The position numbers and the translations under genes are program-made. Positions 62,834 to 64,000 of a DNA stretch of 64,000 nucleotides are shown piece by piece (position 1 is the stretch's first letter; each line of letters starts with the position of its first letter). The DNA comes from Candidatus Omnitrophota bacterium (GTDB taxonomy: Bacteria; Omnitrophota; Gorgyraeia; Gygaellales; JAQTUX01): NCBI GenBank assembly GCA_028707125.1, contig JAQTUX010000001.1, forward strand, positions 13,639-77,638, in the 5' to 3' direction. The notes under the pieces are model-generated. The model worked only from the letters and a program-made list of their open reading frames with translations. It ran no database searches and had not been told where the DNA came from.

Positions 62834-64000
62834 TTATAATCGCAATTCCCCACACGTAAGTGTGGGGTGTCTTCCCTTTCTTATAACATATTCCCTTGCT
62901 TCTGCCGCGACGAACAATGAGCCGCAGACAAGGATCAAATCATCTTTGCCGGCCGATGAGATCGCTTTATCCATCGCCTCTTGCACGCTGCCCGTGGTAA
63001 CCGATGCCGCGCCTTTCAAATATTTTAAGAATACCTCGGGTTTTGCCGCCCGCGCGTGACCCGAACGCGTCAGTATGAATGCGGGTGTCAGTCCCTGCAA
63101 CTCCAGCGTTATCCCCTCTATGTCCTTATCCGAAGAAGCGCCAAGCACTACAATAACCTTCTTACGCGGAAAGTACCTCTTTATCGCGTTCTTTAAGGCG
63201 AGGGCTGATGCCCTGTTTTGCGCTCCATCCAGGATAATATGCGGATTCTTAGAGATCACTTCACATCTCACCGGCCACAGGCATTTAAGCAGCCCGCCCC
63301 TGATCGCCTTTTCTGATATTGATATCCCCTGCCCTGCCAACTGCTCAATAATGCCGACGGCAACAGCGGCATTCACGATCTGGTGTTCGCCCAACAATCG
63401 TATTTCCAGGCCGCTGTATTCACCGTTAACGCCTCGCAGATCAAACCTCTGCGTATCCTCTGTGAAATCCGACTCTTTATACAAAATATCCCTGCCGGCT
63501 TCAAGAAACCCTACACCTATACTCGCGCATCTCTGCTGTAAAACAGCCCTTGCCTGTTGTTCCTGCGGGGCGCTTATAACCGCGGCTGTTAAGCCGTTTT
63601 TTATAATGCCCGCCTTTTCCCCCGCGATCTGTTCCAATGTCTTTCCCAGCTTATCGGTATGCTCAAGGCTTATAGGCGTTATGCCGCAGGCAAGGGCGTC
63701 GGCGGTATTAGTAGCGTCAAGCCGCCCACCCATCCCCGTCTCAAGCACGACAAGATCCGCTCCCTTCTCTTGAAAATACTTAAAGGCAAGCGCTGTATAT
63801 ACCTCAAAAAATGACAGCGCTCCGTCGGGGCAGTCCCGGTTATACCGTTCGGCCGCCGGCTTTATCTCTGTGACCAACCGCGCTAATCTATGCTCGGGGA
63901 TCATGCCTTCGAAATCCCTGCCGTCAGGCGCGCCTTCTTCATTATCCAACAGCCGTATCCGCTCTCTGAAATCGTTCAGATGCGGAGAGGTGTAAAGCCC
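62834..64000 (-). CDS. folC: Folylpolyglutamate synthase/dihydrofolate synthase, 5' end beyond window
   Basis: The reading frame is open to the window edge and contains GLYTSPHLNDFRERIRL (the FolC GxYTSPHL motif), VLETGMGGRLDATN and the Mur-ligase C domain. Confidence 0.8.
   Translation of the reverse strand, partial: GLYTSPHLNDFRERIRLLDNEEGAPDGRDFEGMIPEHRLARLVTEIKPAAERYNRDCPDGALSFFEVYTALAFKYFQEKGADLVVLETGMGGRLDATNTADALACGITPISLEHTDKLGKTLEQIAGEKAGIIKNGLTAAVISAPQEQQARAVLQQRCASIGVGFLEAGRDILYKESDFTEDTQRFDLRGVNGEYSGLEIRLLGEHQIVNAAVAVGIIEQLAGQGISISEKAIRGGLLKCLWPVRCEVISKNPHIILDGAQNRASALALKNAIKRYFPRKKVIVVLGASSDKDIEGITLELQGLTPAFILTRSGHARAAKPEVFLKYLKGAASVTTGSVQEAMDKAISSAGKDDLILVCGSLFVAAEAREYVIRKGRHPTLTCGELRL

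Noticed and set aside
63075-63773. 232-aa plus-strand ORF inside folC
   Set aside because: Antisense to folC, which has the Mur-ligase and GxYTSPHL motifs. Its composition is Ser/Cys/Pro-rich nonsense.

Overview
Dense, strongly strand-biased bacterial chromosomal window of roughly 50% GC. The lineage is not identifiable from sequence alone, but the gene content (GH57 enzymes, DUF4912, DUF190) and promoter style suggest an uncultivated lineage rather than a well-studied model organism. Almost every gene between 13.3 and 51.5 kb is on the minus strand. Features by region:
- 1-4.5 kb: partial rarA, then a translationally coupled response regulator / SAM-methyltransferase / 7TM-GAF histidine kinase module. 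The response regulator is frameshifted in a G7 run.
- 4.5-7.7 kb: XRE regulator, radC, comEC, comEA and a prepilin-type pilin.
- 7.7-11.7 kb: leuS, nfo and an ORF6N-domain gene.
- 11.8-13.3 kb: tRNA-Ala(GGC), a lipoprotein, tRNA-Leu(CAA) and a LAGLIDADG homing endonuclease starting 14 nt after tRNA-Leu.
- 13.3-14.1 kb: a fluoride riboswitch controlling crcB and a DUF190 gene.
- 14.2-18.6 kb: an arsenic-resistance operon (acr3, ccdA-like, periplasmic and cytoplasmic thioredoxins, arsM, arsP-like) with no arsR or arsC.
- 18.6-24.2 kb: three GH57 alpha-glucan enzymes with a DUF4912 gene.
- 25.5-36.5 kb: an ~11-kb operon that looks like a type II polyketide synthase gene cluster. It encodes an active ketosynthase alpha, a catalytic-Cys-less ketosynthase beta (chain-length-factor-like) partner and an ACP. 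Around these sit a cyclase-family protein, two SRPBCC cyclase-like proteins, an SDR ketoreductase, an amidohydrolase-2, a B12-radical-SAM enzyme, an ApbA-like reductase, a tandem-duplicated Cys-rich protein of unknown function and an aldehyde dehydrogenase. This is the most interesting candidate system.
- 36.5-42.6 kb: mtnA-like isomerase and a class II aldolase-SCP2 fusion, a HepT/MntA toxin-antitoxin pair, a MITE-like 229-bp inverted-repeat element, a nucleoside phosphorylase and an acyl-CoA ligase.
- 42.7-51.5 kb: a MarR-regulated RND/MFP/TolC efflux system with a PII-like gene, padR, accA, a LysM L,D-transpeptidase and a divergent PAP2 gene.
- 51.6-54.4 kb: spoVG, yraN, comM and an IS200-like tnpA flanked by GAAACAGTTTC palindromic repeats.
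- 54.4-64.0 kb: rlmN, a GT39 glycosyltransferase, an lplT-like MFS gene, an Aas-like gene with inverted domain order, folE, mnmE and partial folC.
A conserved ~50-nt promoter/leader cassette occurs three times, upstream of radC, the ORF6N gene and spoVG.
All calls come from reading the six-frame translations and the nucleotide sequence; no database searches were run.
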